Of a stretch of DNA of 64,000 nucleotides, positions 32,323-64,000 are shown piece after piece (position 1 is the stretch's first letter; each line of letters starts with the position of its first letter). This stretch comes from the human T2T-CHM13v2.0 reference genome, Homo sapiens. The notes beneath the pieces are model-generated. The model did no database searches, had not been told where the DNA came from, and saw only the letters and a program-made list of their open reading frames with translations. The DNA is taken from NCBI RefSeq assembly GCF_009914755.1, contig NC_060926.1, one strand, 5' to 3'. Made by a program: the position numbers and the translations under genes.

Positions 32323-33622
32323 CTACTAAGTTTTCTTCCCCCTCGCTCTCCTCGGATGACAATGCTTTGGCTTTTGTGAGACTTTTGTTTTATTTCGTTT
32401 TGTGGAGAGGCTGGTGGCTCTGAGTTTTTTGGCTTTAAATCATGATAATTGTTGCCTCTCCCTTTCCCAGTCATTACACTACTTTATTTTTGTGTGTCAT
32501 TGCGTTGGCCACAATATCCAGAAAAAAATGTCAAATGATTGCAGTGCCACTGGGATTTATTCCTTGTAGACTGAACTTCAGTGCTTCTAGGATTTCCTAC
32601 AGCTACCTAGAGAGGATTCTTCTTCATATTCACTCAAGGAATCATTCTACTGCTAATTTACCCAAAGTTTCTATCAGGGGTGGATGTTGACCTTCATCAG
32701 ATGCTTCTTCATAGGTACCAAATGATCTTTTCCTTTAAAAAGACAGTTTCCTGTCCCCTTCTATCTTTTATTCGTCTTACCCTTCACTGATTTCTCCTTT
32801 CTCAGCTAAAAACAGCTGCTCGCGGCCACCTCCTTCCTTCTTGATTTTCTTCCCTCTCCAGCCTCTGAAATGAACGCTCTGGGGCAGCAGACACCACTCT
32901 TTTGCCACCGCTCTCTCCTGGAGCCTCCAGCCCACCCTGCCGGGTTCTGCATCGTCCGTGGCCTGGAGAACACCCGTCTCACTCTCATTTCAGGGTGGGT
33001 CTCCTGATCTCCTGCCTGGGCCGTGGGTCAGATCCTCCCCTCTCTGCTCCTCCATCTCATGCCAACAAGACCTCAGGTGGTCGTCTTCTGTGGTACCCAG
33101 GCTCTTGTCTCTCTCCCTACCCTACCTGCCCAGTAGACACGAGACTTCACTGTCACCCCACATTCAACATTCAGGGTCTGAAACACGGCTCATCCTCTTC
33201 CCTTCTCTTCCAGCTTCCCACTTCCCACAGCTCAGCAAGATGGGGAAACACACATGCCTGGGGCCAGGAGCCTGAGGCCTCTTTTTCTCCCTAAGTCCTG
33301 GCACTGACACCACGCTTCCCACAGTGCCCTTCCCCTTCAGGCCCAGCAGGCTCTTCCGAGTACATAAGCTCATTCAAGCCTTCCCAGCCCTGATAGCCAG
33401 ATCATTGTGGTCCCATTTTACAGATAAGGAAGCACCTTACCAGCCTAGGCGTCTAGTAGGCGCAGAGGCCAGGAAGGAGGTGCCCCAGCCGACCCCGCCT
33501 CCAGGGCTGGCCGGTTCCAGCGTCTTCTCACCACCTTTGCTTTCTTCCCCAGAGGTGATGGAGTCAGACACCCAGATGCTATGCCAGAGCCCCCTGTCTT
33601 AGTGGGATGTTAAAGAATTAGG

Positions 33623-35340
<1,718 letters not shown>

Positions 35341-35350
35341 CTCATCTTTA

Positions 35351-35708
<358 letters not shown>

Positions 35709-35769
35709 TCAGTGGCACACCCCAATCTGGAGACACATCATAACTTTTTTTTTTTCTTATTATGTTTTT

Positions 35770-36700
<931 letters not shown>

Positions 36701-36760
36701 AATTAATTAAAAGTCAAATAAAATGAATTGAAGGTAACCACTAACAAGATAATATGGAAC

Positions 36761-37345
36761 TACAGTCCTCAGTATCTGAGGAGGCACTGGTTCTAGGACT
36801 CCCATACCAAATCCATGGAATCAAGTCCCTTATATAAATTGCTGTAGGCCGGGCGTGGTGGCTCATGCCTGTAATCCCAGCACTTTGGGAGGCCAAGGCA
36901 GGTGGTTCACTTGAAGTCAGGAGTTCAAGACTAGCCTGGCCAACATGGTGAAACCCCGTCTCTACTAAAAATACAAAAATTAGCCTGGCGTGGTGGTGCA
37001 CATCTGTAATCCCAGCTACTTAGGAGGCTGAGGTGGGAGAATCACTTGAATCCGGGAGGCGGAGGTTGCAGTGAGTCAAGATTGGGTCACTGCACTCCAG
37101 CCTGAGCGAGACTTCATCTCAAAATAAATAAATAAATGAATTGGTGTAGTATTTGCATATAACCTACATATACTTAAATCATCTTTAGATTACTTATAAT
37201 ACCTAATACAATGTAAATGCTATGTAGATAGTTGTCCTGCTGTATTGTTTTTTATTTGTATGATTTTTATTGTTATATTTTTTCCTGAATATTTTTGATC
37301 TATGGTTGGTTGAATCCCATGGGAATGGGGAGCCAATTGTACTTG
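36761..37345 (+). mobile_element. MER2 (Tigger-family DNA transposon) split by Alu 36847-37136
   Basis: TCAAGTCCCTTATATAAA...GTAGTATTTGCATATAACCTAC...GATTACTTATAATACCTAATACAATGTAAATGC. Confidence 0.8.
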
Positions 37346-37408
37346 GGAAAAAGAGAAGAAAACACTTGATCAGCATTGCAAAGAGAGGGAAAGAAAAACC
37401 AGAAAACA

Positions 37409-38119
<711 letters not shown>

Positions 38120-39164
38120 AAGATGCATGAGTTCTTAAAGTGAAAATGAAGTGTTTGCAAACATAGTCTGATCAGGGAAGGCAAGGTCAAGTGAAATATA
38201 AATTTTCACTTCAATTATTTGTTAGTTCCTTCCTTTATCATTTTGTTGCAGTGCCTAAGTGTGCCAGGCATGGTGTTGGGTACCAGGGATTCAGAGATGA
38301 ATTGACTAAAGCCCCCCTAAGTGGCCCCCCAGTAGGAAGGATATCTGTCTTGACCAGAGTTAAACCCAGAGACAGCCAAGGAGGAAGTCTCGGCCTCCTC
38401 ACCTGAGCCACACTCAGCCTCTTCCACTCCCAAAGGCCTCCTGCTCCTTCACCTTCAGCCCAGCCCAGGCATCTCCCTTGATGCAAGACTCACCCAAGAT
38501 GAGACGGAAACAGTCCCGACACACAATCAATCCTCACCTTTCTGGCCTTACCTTTTGGCACACAACACAAAAACTCCAGGTGTGCCCTGAGGCCTCTGCA
38601 GGGACCCGGCCAGGGGAGTGGTGGCTGAAGCTCCTCCGGGTCTCCTTTCTCAGAGGAGAGAGTAACGTGGGAGAAGCACCGTTTGCCTTTGATACTTACC
38701 AAGGTCACTGTGGTTGCTCCCTGTGGAATGACAGGGGCAGCGTCCCCAAAACACTGGCTCCTTCTCCAACCCTCACACATGCATTAAACCCCAAAGGTGA
38801 AAGGAGAGGGCTCAGGGCACAGCGCCTGTCCCGCCACATACCAGGAGGGGCTGGGTAGTCCTTGTGGGTTCTCCAAAGCCCGAGTTGGGGAAATGGGGAC
38901 CCTTCAGACAGGGTTGCCTGTGTCTGTCCCTGTTTGTTTATATCAGAGCAGGTTTGTTCTGCAAGGCTGAGGCCCCAGGCCCACCTGCCATCAGCTCCTT
39001 GTGGAGGTTGGGTGTGGGAGTGCCCCTCTGGGGACGGAAAGCCCTCCCATCCCTGAGGCTGGGCCTATCTGGGGAGTAGGGGCAGGTGAGCTCCTCCAGC
39101 CACTGAGGAGAGAGGGCCTGGTCAGGACCCTGCCCCTGTCATTCCACAGGGAGCAACACACAGG

Positions 39165-40028
39165 TCTCTAATAAAAACACAAAATTCGCCAGGTGTGGTG
39201 GCACATGCCTGTAATCTCAGCTACTCAGGAGGCTGAGGCAGGAGAATCACTTGAACCCAGGAGGCGGAGCTTGCAATGAGATAGCACCACTGCACTCCAG
39301 CCTGGGCGACAGAGTGAGACTCCGTCCCCCCGCCCCGAAAAAATATACTGGGCTGGCAGGGCATGGTGGCTCACGCCTGTAATCCCAACACTTTGGGAAC
39401 CTGAGGCAGGTGGATTGCTTGTGCTCAGGAGTGCGAGACCACCCTGGGCAACATGGCAAAACTACGTTTCTGTAAAAATTAAAAAATTACCTGGGTGTGG
39501 TGGCATGCGCCTGTAGTCGCGGCTACTCAGGAGGCTGAGGTGGGAGGATCATCTGAGCCTGGGGATGTCAAGGCTGCTGTGAGGCATGATCGCACCACAC
39601 ACTCCAGCCTGGGTGACAGAGCAAGACCTGACTAAAAGAAAATACTGACATTAAGCTGGGCACAGTGGCTCACGCCTGTAATCTCAGCACTTTGGGAGGC
39701 ACAGGCGGAAAGATCGCTTGAGGCCATGAGTTCGAGATCAGCCTGGGAAACATAATGAGACCTCATCTCTACAAATTTTATTTTTACTTAGCCAGGCGTG
39801 GTGGTGTGCACCCATCGTCCTAGATACTCAGGAGGCTGAGATGAGGGGATCCCTTGAGCCCAGAAGGTTGAGGCTGCAGTGAGCTATGATTGTATTACTG
39901 CATTCTGGCCTGGGCAACAGCATGAGACCATGTTGCCCAGGCTGGTCTTGAACTCCTGGCCTTGAGAGTTCCTCCCACCTAGGCCTCCCAAAGTGTGGGA
40001 TTACAAGCGTGAGTCCCTGTGCCCGGCC
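39165..40028. mobile_element. Alu cluster ending in an abutting inverted monomer
   Basis: CTGGGCAACA-GCATGAGACCA-TGTTGCCCAG junction at ~39910-39940. Confidence 0.88.
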
Positions 40029-41079
40029 TCCAGGGGCTTCTTGATAGAACAAGCATCCTGGGGGTCGGGGGGGGCATCCCGATTAGAAAATGTCCCTCCT
40101 GAGTCTCTCTGAAGCCCTAAAGCCAAGTGAAGACCCCAGCTCTGCATCTTGGCCCACAGTGGATCTTGAGAGGGGGCCATGGGAGTTCTCATCATCGATG
40201 AGACGTTCTATCATTGGAGGACCCCAGTCACCTGAGAAATGAAGAAACGGGTCAGAGGACTCGACAGGGATGGGTGGGCCAGCGGTGCCCCCAGCTCTGC
40301 ACCGCGTGATGGAGCCTCTTTTGCATTTGCAGCTCCCTCCCCCGGGGCAGAACAGTTCTGTTTGTCTTCCCAAACCGCAGAGATTCCAAGAACGAAGGAA
40401 ATCTGATACCCCTAAGGCAAGAACAGTTCCAGCCCTATTCTGCCAACAGGAAGCCTTTGCCCACGCCCAAGAGAGAGGGCAAGTGAGAGGCCCCCGCCCC
40501 AGGGTTCCCACCAACCTTCCAGGGGACACCAGGAGCCATCTGCCATGTGGTTCCCGCAGCAGCCAGCAGGGGGCAGCCTGTCAAAGACTTCCTGGGACCA
40601 TGTTGCCCCCGACTTGTGCAGGTTCCCACAGGCCAGCACCCAGTGTGGAAAACAGCATGTGGTAGCAGGGGGTTAGGTGTCCGGCATGAACCAGCCTGGC
40701 CTTTACCTTTTGGGTGTTTTTCCTGTCTAGCCCACCCAAAATGTGGAAACCTTAACAGCAGACATGGATTATGATGTCAGAGTTTGGGTTTTTTTTAGGA
40801 GTATTGTTATGTTGCCCAGACTGATCTCCAACTCCTGAGCCCAAGCGATCCTCCCAACTGAGCCTCCTAAGTAGCTGGGACTACAGGCACCTGCCACTGT
40901 GCCCAGCTTGATGTCAGTTTGTAGCATTGCAACTTTGCTTTAGCCTAATTTCTGAGCAATACCCAATCAGCTAGGCCTGGAGCACCATCCCCACACTGAA
41001 TTTCTCCCTCTTTTGGATATTTTGTGGACATTAAAAGCAAGCATGGGCTTCAAAAGACACCCAAAAGCTGGGAGAAAAT

Positions 41080-42359
<1,280 letters not shown>

Positions 42360-42401
<42 letters not shown>

Positions 42402-42963
42402 TACACACACACACAAATACACACACACAAATATACACACATACACAAATATACACACACATACACACACAAATATACACACACATATACGCACACACAT
42501 ACACACACAAATACGCACACACATACACACACAAATATACACACACATATACACACAAAAATATACACACATATACACACACAAATATACACACATACAC
42601 ACACAAATATATACACACATAGACAAATATACACACACATATACACACACAAACACATACAAATATACACACACAAATATATACACATACCCATATACAC
42701 ACATAAATATACACACACATACACACGTGAATACACACACACATACATACACATGTGCACATACACATATACACACAAATACACACACAAACATACACAA
42801 ACACACACATACATACACATGCACACACATTATACACACATATATACACACATACACATGTATTATACACACATGCACATACATATGTACACACATACAT
42901 ATACACACACACATTTACACATATATACAAACACACACACCTATACACACACACACATATATA
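42360..42963. repeat. ~600-bp compound (CA)/(TA)-rich microsatellite
   Basis: Degenerate ACACACAAATATACACACACAT-like units; source of the H/T- and C/V-rich ORFs. Confidence 0.97.
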
Positions 42964-42973
42964 TTTCTAAATA

Positions 42974-44069
<1,096 letters not shown>

Positions 44070-44113
<44 letters not shown>
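44070..44113. repeat. (GT)n microsatellite
   Basis: Direct read. Confidence 0.97.
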
Positions 44114-44115
<2 letters not shown>

Positions 44116-44431
44116 TTACATATTTTTTCTTAGAAGGTCAAGGTTGATACTGTATTTACGCACCAGAGTAACCATAATTCTCCCTCTTATTTCGCCTTTA
44201 CTTTTAAATAGATTTGGTGCTCACCTCGACCTTCTGCAGCTTTTCCCTGCCTGCTCTTGTTTATGTGGATTGACCTCTGGATGGTACTGTCAGGCACAGA
44301 GGGGTTTTGTTTCTTCAAGAGATCACGGGCCTGCATGCTCTGAGAGTCTGCAGGACGCCTGACCTTTGAAGGAAGGCTTTGCTGAGTAACACTTTTTAAA
44401 AAATAGTGTAGTCGTTTTTAAAAATACATTT

Positions 44432-44747
<316 letters not shown>

Positions 44748-44834
44748 CCTAAAATACATTTTTATTGAGGCGCAACATTGTTCCAGCCGTTTGTTGTGGT
44801 ATAACAACACCTAGAATCAAAATTTTAGTGGCGT

Positions 44835-45615
<781 letters not shown>

Positions 45616-45619
45616 ATAA

Positions 45620-46020
45620 ACTTAGTGGCATAAAGCAGGCACCCCCATTGTGTGATTTCCTGGGTTCCCTGGTCAGGAGTTTGGGCACAGGCAAGGTTGC
45701 CCTTCTCTTGCACTAGGATGTCTGAGGCCTCATCTGGAGGCGACCCTAGTGAGTAGGGCTGGAAGGGCTAGAGACAGATAATCTACTTCCAAGACCATGC
45801 GTTTACTCACACGTGTGGGACCTGAGCTGGGATGGCCCAAGGACGGGCTCTTCGGGGCCCATTGACTGGAGCCCTCCATGTGGCACTTTCAGCATGGCAG
45901 CCTCCAAGCAATCAGATTCCATTCGCGGTGGTTCAGGGTTCCAAAACAAGTGTCCCCAGCAGGTAAGGCCATGTGGCCTTTTATGACCTAGTCTCAGAAG
46001 TGACAAAGTCACCACTTTTA
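45620..46020 (-). mobile_element. Old MLT1 (MaLR) LTR
   Basis: CTTAGTGGC...GGTCAGGAGTTTGGG...CCTTTTATGACCTAGTCTCAGAAGT. Confidence 0.6.
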
Positions 46021-46129
46021 TGAATTGCTTCTTTACTGCAATGTACGTACTTTAACAAACTTCAGCATCAACAGTGAAATGTTATGTGTATGCTGGTAAA
46101 CCCTTAACTCAGTATGTATCAAGAATGCT

Positions 46130-49360
<3,231 letters not shown>

Positions 49361-50124
49361 CTTATTATTGTTTTGTAAGAGCTTCCCTTTCCTTTAAGAT
49401 TCTGGATACTTTGATACATTTATTGAAGATACCTTCTCTAAGTGTACATAATTAAATCTTGAAATACATTTTCTTGGAACAGACTGTTCTTAACTGAAAT
49501 TGTAAATAGGTGAATGTTGTGCTGCAGATTCCGAAAAAGCCAAACCATCCCCGCTCATCTCCAGACCCAGTGGGCCTTTGTCTAAGGATGTCACAGGCCA
49601 TAATTCCCAAGCAGCAGCCACATTCTTAGAAAGGCTGAGGAACTGGGTTCCACGTTCTGGGGAGGTGTGGACACATCTGCTTAGGAATATAGGAGGAATT
49701 TGGGACAGGGTGAGGGAGTGTCGGGGTTCTCTAAGAGGGAGGGGCACGGATGGCAAGGAATGAAGGGGAGGAAGAGCTGAGCCACACAGCCAATTTGGAA
49801 TGGAAGCAGTTGCTAAGGCCAAGGTTTTCCAAAAGTCAAATGGAAGTCATTGTCATGCAGCAATATGGCTCCCTGCTGTTTCCAAACCACCCTGACTGCT
49901 GTGGGCTTTTGAAATCATGAATCATGAGTGGCTGAGTGGCTGTCTGCATAGCAGGGATGTGGGTGAAGGCTGTAAGGCGCTCCCTCCAAAATTGGCGTAG
50001 TCTGTGCCTGCAGATATGAAAGGGGTACACAGAGAATCTCTGGTGGCTGGAACCAATTTCCCCCATCCCCAACCTCAGCCGCCACCTGTGCTGAGCCTGT
50101 AGCAACAGGGACACAGCGGCAGAG

Positions 50125-50640
<516 letters not shown>

Positions 50641-50867
50641 GTGCCCATGACAGAGGGCTCCTGGTTGTGTCTGAAGGGAAGAGCCAGGATAGTTTATTAT
50701 TACCAGAACTCAAAAGGTTAATTTGTCCTGTGCTGTATATAAAAACTGCCAGAGAATTTGGGGAATTGAATGAAGTATCATCTCCCCAAACTTCCTTAAG
50801 AAATGCTCCCGTCAGCAGGTGCCTAGCACGAGGCAAACCTTTGAACTTTGGACATGACCCTTCTCTA

Positions 50868-51286
<419 letters not shown>

Positions 51287-51504
51287 TTATTTAGACCCCA
51301 GGTCTAGCATCCCTGGAGCCTGGGTCGGATTTGTGTGAATCTGAACACCTTGGTGAGAGGTGAGGGAGTAATGAGTGGGGCAGATTTCAGAGGAGAAGTA
51401 ATGGAGGCCAGAGATGAAGCCTGATCAGAGCCGCTCGGTGGTGGGACGTCCTCTCCAGTGAGGGTTGCAGGAGAGGCAGCAGCTGCTCCGGTTTGCCTTC
51501 TGGG

Positions 51505-52532
<1,028 letters not shown>

Positions 52533-53619
52533 TCTTCGACCAGTCCTTCCTGCCTGCGTGAGTGAAGGGAGGACAAGTGGGCAGAGGGCTGAGCTCCTTC
52601 AGAGGAAAGCATTGCCTCCTGGCCCCCCAGGTGAGAGCTGTGTGCAGGCCTGTGCAGAGAAGGGGAAGAGAGAGCAGAATCGCCCCAGGGGCCAGAACCA
52701 AGAGTTGACCGACCAGATGTAGGGGCAGACAGCTGGGAGGATGGAGCTTCCTAGGGCGGTGCCAGCCCCTGAAGGGCATGGGTGGGGACAAGATGGGGCC
52801 AGGTGGGTCATCTTCTTATAGCCATGCCCAGGGCTGTGGGGGTGGGGTCTGCTCTCCCTCCCTGCAGCCGTTTAGGACTCATAGGTTTTTTGCTGCTCCT
52901 GTCGGGTGAGGAATAAGACTGATGTTTTCTTTATTTTGGAATCCTTTGTTGTTCTCTTGATTCTCTGAGCCTGTGGGGAGCTGAGCCTACCCAGGGAACC
53001 CAGGTCTTTGCTAATCAGCCCCCTGGGGGTGCTCCCTATCAAGTCCCTAAAGTCCCCCAGCCCCAGCTTGCCCCCCAGACCACAGACATGGATGACAGGA
53101 GCCACAGGGGGCTTTGGGAACCAGGCCTCACCTGGGGGTTAGAGCCTGTGGGTCTGGCTTGGCGCCTGGAGTCTAAGTTTAAAAGCTCCCCTATTCTTGA
53201 TGCCTGATTCTCTGATTCTCTGCCAGGAATTTCTCCAGCAGCTGTGCCAACACAGGGGCTCCAGGGCCTATGCCAGGGGGCACCCTTGTGTCTGGCTTGC
53301 TGGGATTCATTTACACAGTCTGTGCTAATAAAAGAGATGGGGAGAACCGCATTTAGCTAGTGCCTGGGGGCTATCCACTGGGCACTGGCAGCCAAGCCGG
53401 GGAAAGTTGTGTGAATCACTTTAAGGGTTTCCCAAATGTAAACAAAGGCTTGAAACTTGCCCTTGAGGAGACATCCCTGGAGGAAAGGTGAAGTCATTGA
53501 GGGCTATCTAGAAACATCTATAGGGAAAGAATTAGAGGAAAGGACACAATTGCCAGAAGATGCTGGCAAAAAAGGAGGAGCTCCACGCTTACAGCCTCTG
53601 TTTTTCAGTTCTAGCCCTC

Positions 53620-54058
<439 letters not shown>

Positions 54059-54429
54059 TAAACATTTTTTTTTTTTTTTGGCAGAGATGGGATCTCGCTA
54101 TGTTGCCCAGGACTGGTCTTGAACTCCTAGGCTCAAACAATCCTCCGACATTGGCCTCCCAAAGTGCAGGGCAAGCCACCGTACCCGGTCTGACTTCCTA
54201 TTTGTTGATTGAAGCAATATATGCATGCCTGAATATATGAGATTTTTCAACTTCCAACCCAAAAGCCGCTTAGGATGGGAGTCTACCCTCTGCTCTTTGC
54301 AATACTGTGTAGATAACAAAATATAGAAATGACCTTGAATGTCCACCAACAGGGACAGGTTAGTTAACGGATGCTACACACAGAGAACAGAATACTCAGC
54401 TGCCAGTAAAAGAAATAAGGTAGATTAAT

Positions 54430-56560
<2,131 letters not shown>

Positions 56561-56804
56561 ATTATATTATTTTTAAACTAAGATTTATGGAGATATAATT
56601 CACTTATCATAAAACTCATCCTTTTTTTGTTTGTTATTTTTTTGTAAAACTAATCATTTTGAAGTGTACAATTCAGTGGTTTTTGGTGTATTTCCAGAGT
56701 TGTAAAACCATCGTCACTATCTAATGTTAGAATATTTACAATTTAATGAGGCACGGCAGGAAGAAACATGGAATGAAGACTCTGCACCAAAATGAAGTGC
56801 TTAA

Positions 56805-57122
<318 letters not shown>

Positions 57123-57489
57123 TGACATGAAATGCTTAACAATGTTTATAAAAGTCAAAACCTTTTGCTCTAAAACAAATCAAAATCCTGAAATTTTGAC
57201 TTGTTCAAGAAAGAAGTTGACAATCCAAAAACAAGTGGGAGGGAATACCTCTAGGGATGAAAGCAGCCCTGGGGTTTTGCTCTTCCCTTTCTGGAATTTA
57301 GTTCATTCTGACTTCTTTGTGACTTGCAGATCAGACTTTCCCACAGGACTCAGAGGCCCGTACTGACCTATCGGGGCTGAAAGAGAAATCTTTTCTTGTC
57401 CAGATGCCACAGAAATGGACTCAATTCCGCCGGGATTTGAGACTCAAATCTCCATTCTGACTCAATTCTGCAGGGATTTTCAGAGGGCG

Positions 57490-57995
57490 GGCAGGCAGAT
57501 TATAACATCCAAAAAATGGCCACAATTTCTCCCTGGAGAGGTAGGGGTCTATGATCCCTCTCCTCGAACTATGCTCCCTCCCCTTTGTCACTGGCTTGGC
57601 CTATAGAGTTCAGCTATGTGACTTCTGAGGCTACATCACAAAAGGTGATACAGCTGCTACCGGACTCTCCCTCTTGGAAAGCCTACCCTTGGAGCCTAGT
57701 GACCATGTTGAGAGGAAGCCCAGGCCACGTGGAGAGGCCACGTGTGGGTGTTTCAGCCAACAGCCCCAGTGAAGGGCCCAGCTGGAGCCGGCACGGATCC
57801 TGGGACATGTGAGGGAGGGAGTCTGCAGGTGGTTCTTGCCTCCAGCCTTAGCACAGCCCCCTGCTTTTGATAAGTGTATTAGAGCAGAGATTTCCCCACA
57901 AAACTCTGCCCAAATTGGACATCTGTGAGCAAAATAAATGTTTGAAGCCGCTACCTTCAGGGATGGTTTGTTACACAGCAATAGAACTGAACAAG
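57490..57995 (+). mobile_element. MLT1E/F-like MaLR LTR
   Basis: CCAAAAAATGGCCACAA start; GAGAGGCCACGTG; AAATAAATGTTTGAAGCC..GGTTTGTTACACAGCAATAG end. Confidence 0.8.
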
Positions 57996-58079
57996 AAGTC
58001 TTGGAGTGAAAACAATGATTTTATTTTCCCTGGGAAAGGCAGAACCTCCTTTGGCCACCCCAGAATGTTAGTGAAATAA

Positions 58080-61680
<3,601 letters not shown>

Positions 61681-61869
61681 TTTCTTCTCTTTTCTTGTGC
61701 GTTTCACGCAAAAAAACCCGAGTCCCTGAAGCTACGCTGCTTTCCTGCCTCTAGGGAAAACGGGAGTTTTTTCTGCTCGTTTGCTCTCTCTCTTTTTTGT
61801 TTGCTTATTTGTTTTTAGTATTTTTAGCATGTTTTGGAAACATTTCGTTCCAATGAGTGTTTGAAAAGC

Positions 61870-63500
61870 AGCTCCCCCGCCCCACGCTCCGGGCGGGCGC
61901 CTCCCACTCCCTGACCCCGGGGAGGGTGGGCACCACTCCCAGACGCGGGGGACGCGTGGGTGTCGCTCGGGGGCGCTCGCCTCCCCCACCCAGCCTGTCC
62001 CGGGCCGCGAGCGCTTCCAGTCGGGTTACTTCTGGGGGACAAGAAAGGCACCGTCTGAACGGTCGAGACGCTTTTTCCCGCTACGGTTTTCCCCGGAGCT
62101 GACAGGGGCAGCAAGGTCGGAGTTGATCCGAGGGTCCCTGCCTGGTCCCGGGGGGACGGTCAGCCTCCCGCCCGGAGCCGCGGGGAGAGGAAGCAGGTCG
62201 GGGTCTCCGGGACGCGCAGACACCCAGACACCGGCGGCCTCCTCCCACCAGGCTGGCAGTCGCTGAGCCCTGGCGCCTCCTTAAAGCCGCAGCTCCGCCC
62301 CGACCGCCCCGCCCGCCAGTCCGTCCTCAGACCCTCCCAACCGCCGGGTCCCCGCCGCCTCGGCGGAGTGTTGTAGAGCCTCGAGCCTGCGAGGAGCGCG
62401 CCGCCCGCCAGCTCCCTGCGTCCCGTCCCGCGTCCCCGCGTTCCCGCGTCCTGCGATCCGCCGCCATGGCCAGTGAGGAGCTGGCGTGCAAGCTGGAGCG
62501 CCGGCTGCGGCGCGAGGAGGCCGAGGAGAGTGGCCCCCAGCTGGCTCCCCTCGGCGCCCCAGCCCCGGAGCCCAAGCCCGAGCCCGAGCCTCCCGCCCGT
62601 GCGCCCACGGCCAGCGCCGACGCGGAGCTGAGCGCCCAGCTGAGCCGGCGGCTGGACATCAACGAGGGCGCTGCGCGGCCCCGGCGCTGCAGGGTCTTCA
62701 ACCCCTACACGGAGTTCCCGGAGTTCAGCCGCCGCCTCATCAAGGACCTGGAGAGCATGTTCAAACTGTGAGCTCCCGCTGCGCGCCCTTCGCCCCCGGG
62801 ACCAGGGAGGGAGCGGGAGGGCTTTCTGGTCCGAAGTCCCGGGCCCTGTTTGTGTGGGGAGGGGTCCCGGGGTGCAGGTAGCATTTGGCCCAACGCAGCC
62901 AGATCTTGCGTGCTCGGGTCTATCTCGGCGCGGTGGGGGACGGGGCCGAAGAGGGGGGACACCAGGAGCAGGAGCTCTCCGGGACGGAGCCCAAAAGTTC
63001 TCGGCGGCTGCCGGGCCCGAGTTCCAGGTCCCCCAACCCCGACCACTGGTCCCGCCCCCTCCGCCCGCCAGTCCGGAGATTTGCTCCGAAAGCAACTTCT
63101 AGGAAAGGGAGCCGTCGCCGCGCCTCACCTGCCAGCTTTCACTGTATCCCCCCAAGGGAAAAATTAGCCCCTGTTGGCCTTTTATCTTTTAAAACAAAAG
63201 GGGAAAGTTAATCCTTGGCTGCAGCGCGGGGTCTGATGAATGAGCGGAGGCCGAGAACGGGGAGTTTGGTAAAGTCGTTGTAAGAGATTCAGGACTTTCC
63301 TGGAGCAGGCGCGGCCCGGGAGCCTCCTGGGGGCGCGGGGAGGGGGGGCGGTTGTGGGAACCGAACTTGGCCGCTGGCACCGGTCCGGCGGGGGCTCGTT
63401 GCGGTCCTGCTCTGTGAGCCCCAGTGCGCGGGGAGCCGCTCACCTGGGGAGACACTGAGCCAGAGGCAGGCGATAGAGACCCACTAGTCCACCTCGTCGC
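61870..63500. promoter_or_regulatory. EFHD1: EFHD1 main promoter CpG island
   Basis: Very GC/CpG-rich; CCGCCC GC boxes near 62295-62315; weak TATA-like CTTAAA at ~62280; surrounds the ATG. Confidence 0.9.
62466..62767 (+). CDS. EFHD1: EFHD1 (swiprosin-2/mitocalcin, EF-hand domain-containing protein D1) coding exon 1
   Basis: GCCGCCATGG Kozak; MASEELACKLERRLRREE...RVFNPYTEFPEFSRRLIKDLESMFKL is the EFHD1 N-terminus; donor CT|GTGAGC (phase 2), so the ORF-track stop at 62769 is intronic. Confidence 0.97.
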
Positions 63501-63570
63501 CTGGAACCTCCGGGGATCTCAGTTTCCTCATCTGGAGAGTGGGAGCAGTAACAGTCCCTGCCTTTTAAGG
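63500..63570 (+). mobile_element. MIR core fragment
   Basis: CTCAGTTTCCTCATCTGGAGAGTGGGAGCAGTAACAGT. Confidence 0.65.
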
Positions 63571-64000
63571 CCGAAAAGTATTTTGCACCCGGTAAGCTCT
63601 TAACCGAGCTATTAATATTTCCAGAATTGAGCCGAGACCGGAAAAATGCCTGGGGGAGCTGAGGCCGCCGGCCAGGTCATGCTTGGGCGTTTTTAAAAGC
63701 GCATGGAATGTGTTTGCCCTCCGCGTGGAGGTTCTATTTAAAGGCGCTGTGACTGGCGCTGCGTCGCCTGAGCCTCCGCTGCCCCTGCATGGAGGTTTGC
63801 AGAGCCGGCACTTGGGAGCCTCCGCCTCCTCTGCCTCCCTGACACCCTGGTTTCTTTGTCTGGCTTCCAGGCACTGATCTGTGGCGTTTTCTGGGTCTAG
63901 TTTGGGCAGTTCAGGAAGGCCCAGTGCGCTAAAGAATGCGGCTGGGGCGAAAATGGAAAAGCAATGGGTGAGGCAAGGTTTGTTGGAGCCCTTTGATTTC

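Noticed and set aside
62160-63095. 311-aa antisense ORF and other ORFs overlapping EFHD1 exon 1
   Set aside because: Expected stop-poor frames in a GC-rich island; no recognisable domain

Overview
Human (primate) genomic DNA, recognisable as the EIF4E2-EFHD1 interval of chr2q37.1. The left ~12.4 kb holds the 3' end of EIF4E2 (4EHP) on the + strand: two alternative C-terminal exons (AWEEFHGLVNSSGR* at 3028-3106 and DNSSFRNTKITL* from 9650), a candidate in-frame 36-nt microexon (5283-5318) and a ~2.8 kb 3' UTR ending near an AATAAA at 12413. An antisense ERVL relic (integrase and dUTPase-like fragments plus an LTR) follows. The next ~48 kb is very repeat-dense (dozens of Alus, old L1, MIR, LTRs, Tigger and Charlie DNA transposons). 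It includes a CpG-rich island at ~34.7-35.3 kb carrying a distal first exon of EFHD1 (MGELQ) and antisense first-exon-like signals. The window ends in the main EFHD1 CpG island with coding exon 1 (62466-62767). Almost all ORFs in the supplied track are Alu, microsatellite or GC-island artefacts. Most notable observations: the EIF4E2 C-terminal switch with its candidate microexon, minus-strand exon-like relics that might mark a lost gene or antisense lncRNA (a photolyase hypothesis, weak and unverified), and two template-switch scars. Repeat subfamily calls are by eye and boundaries are approximate.
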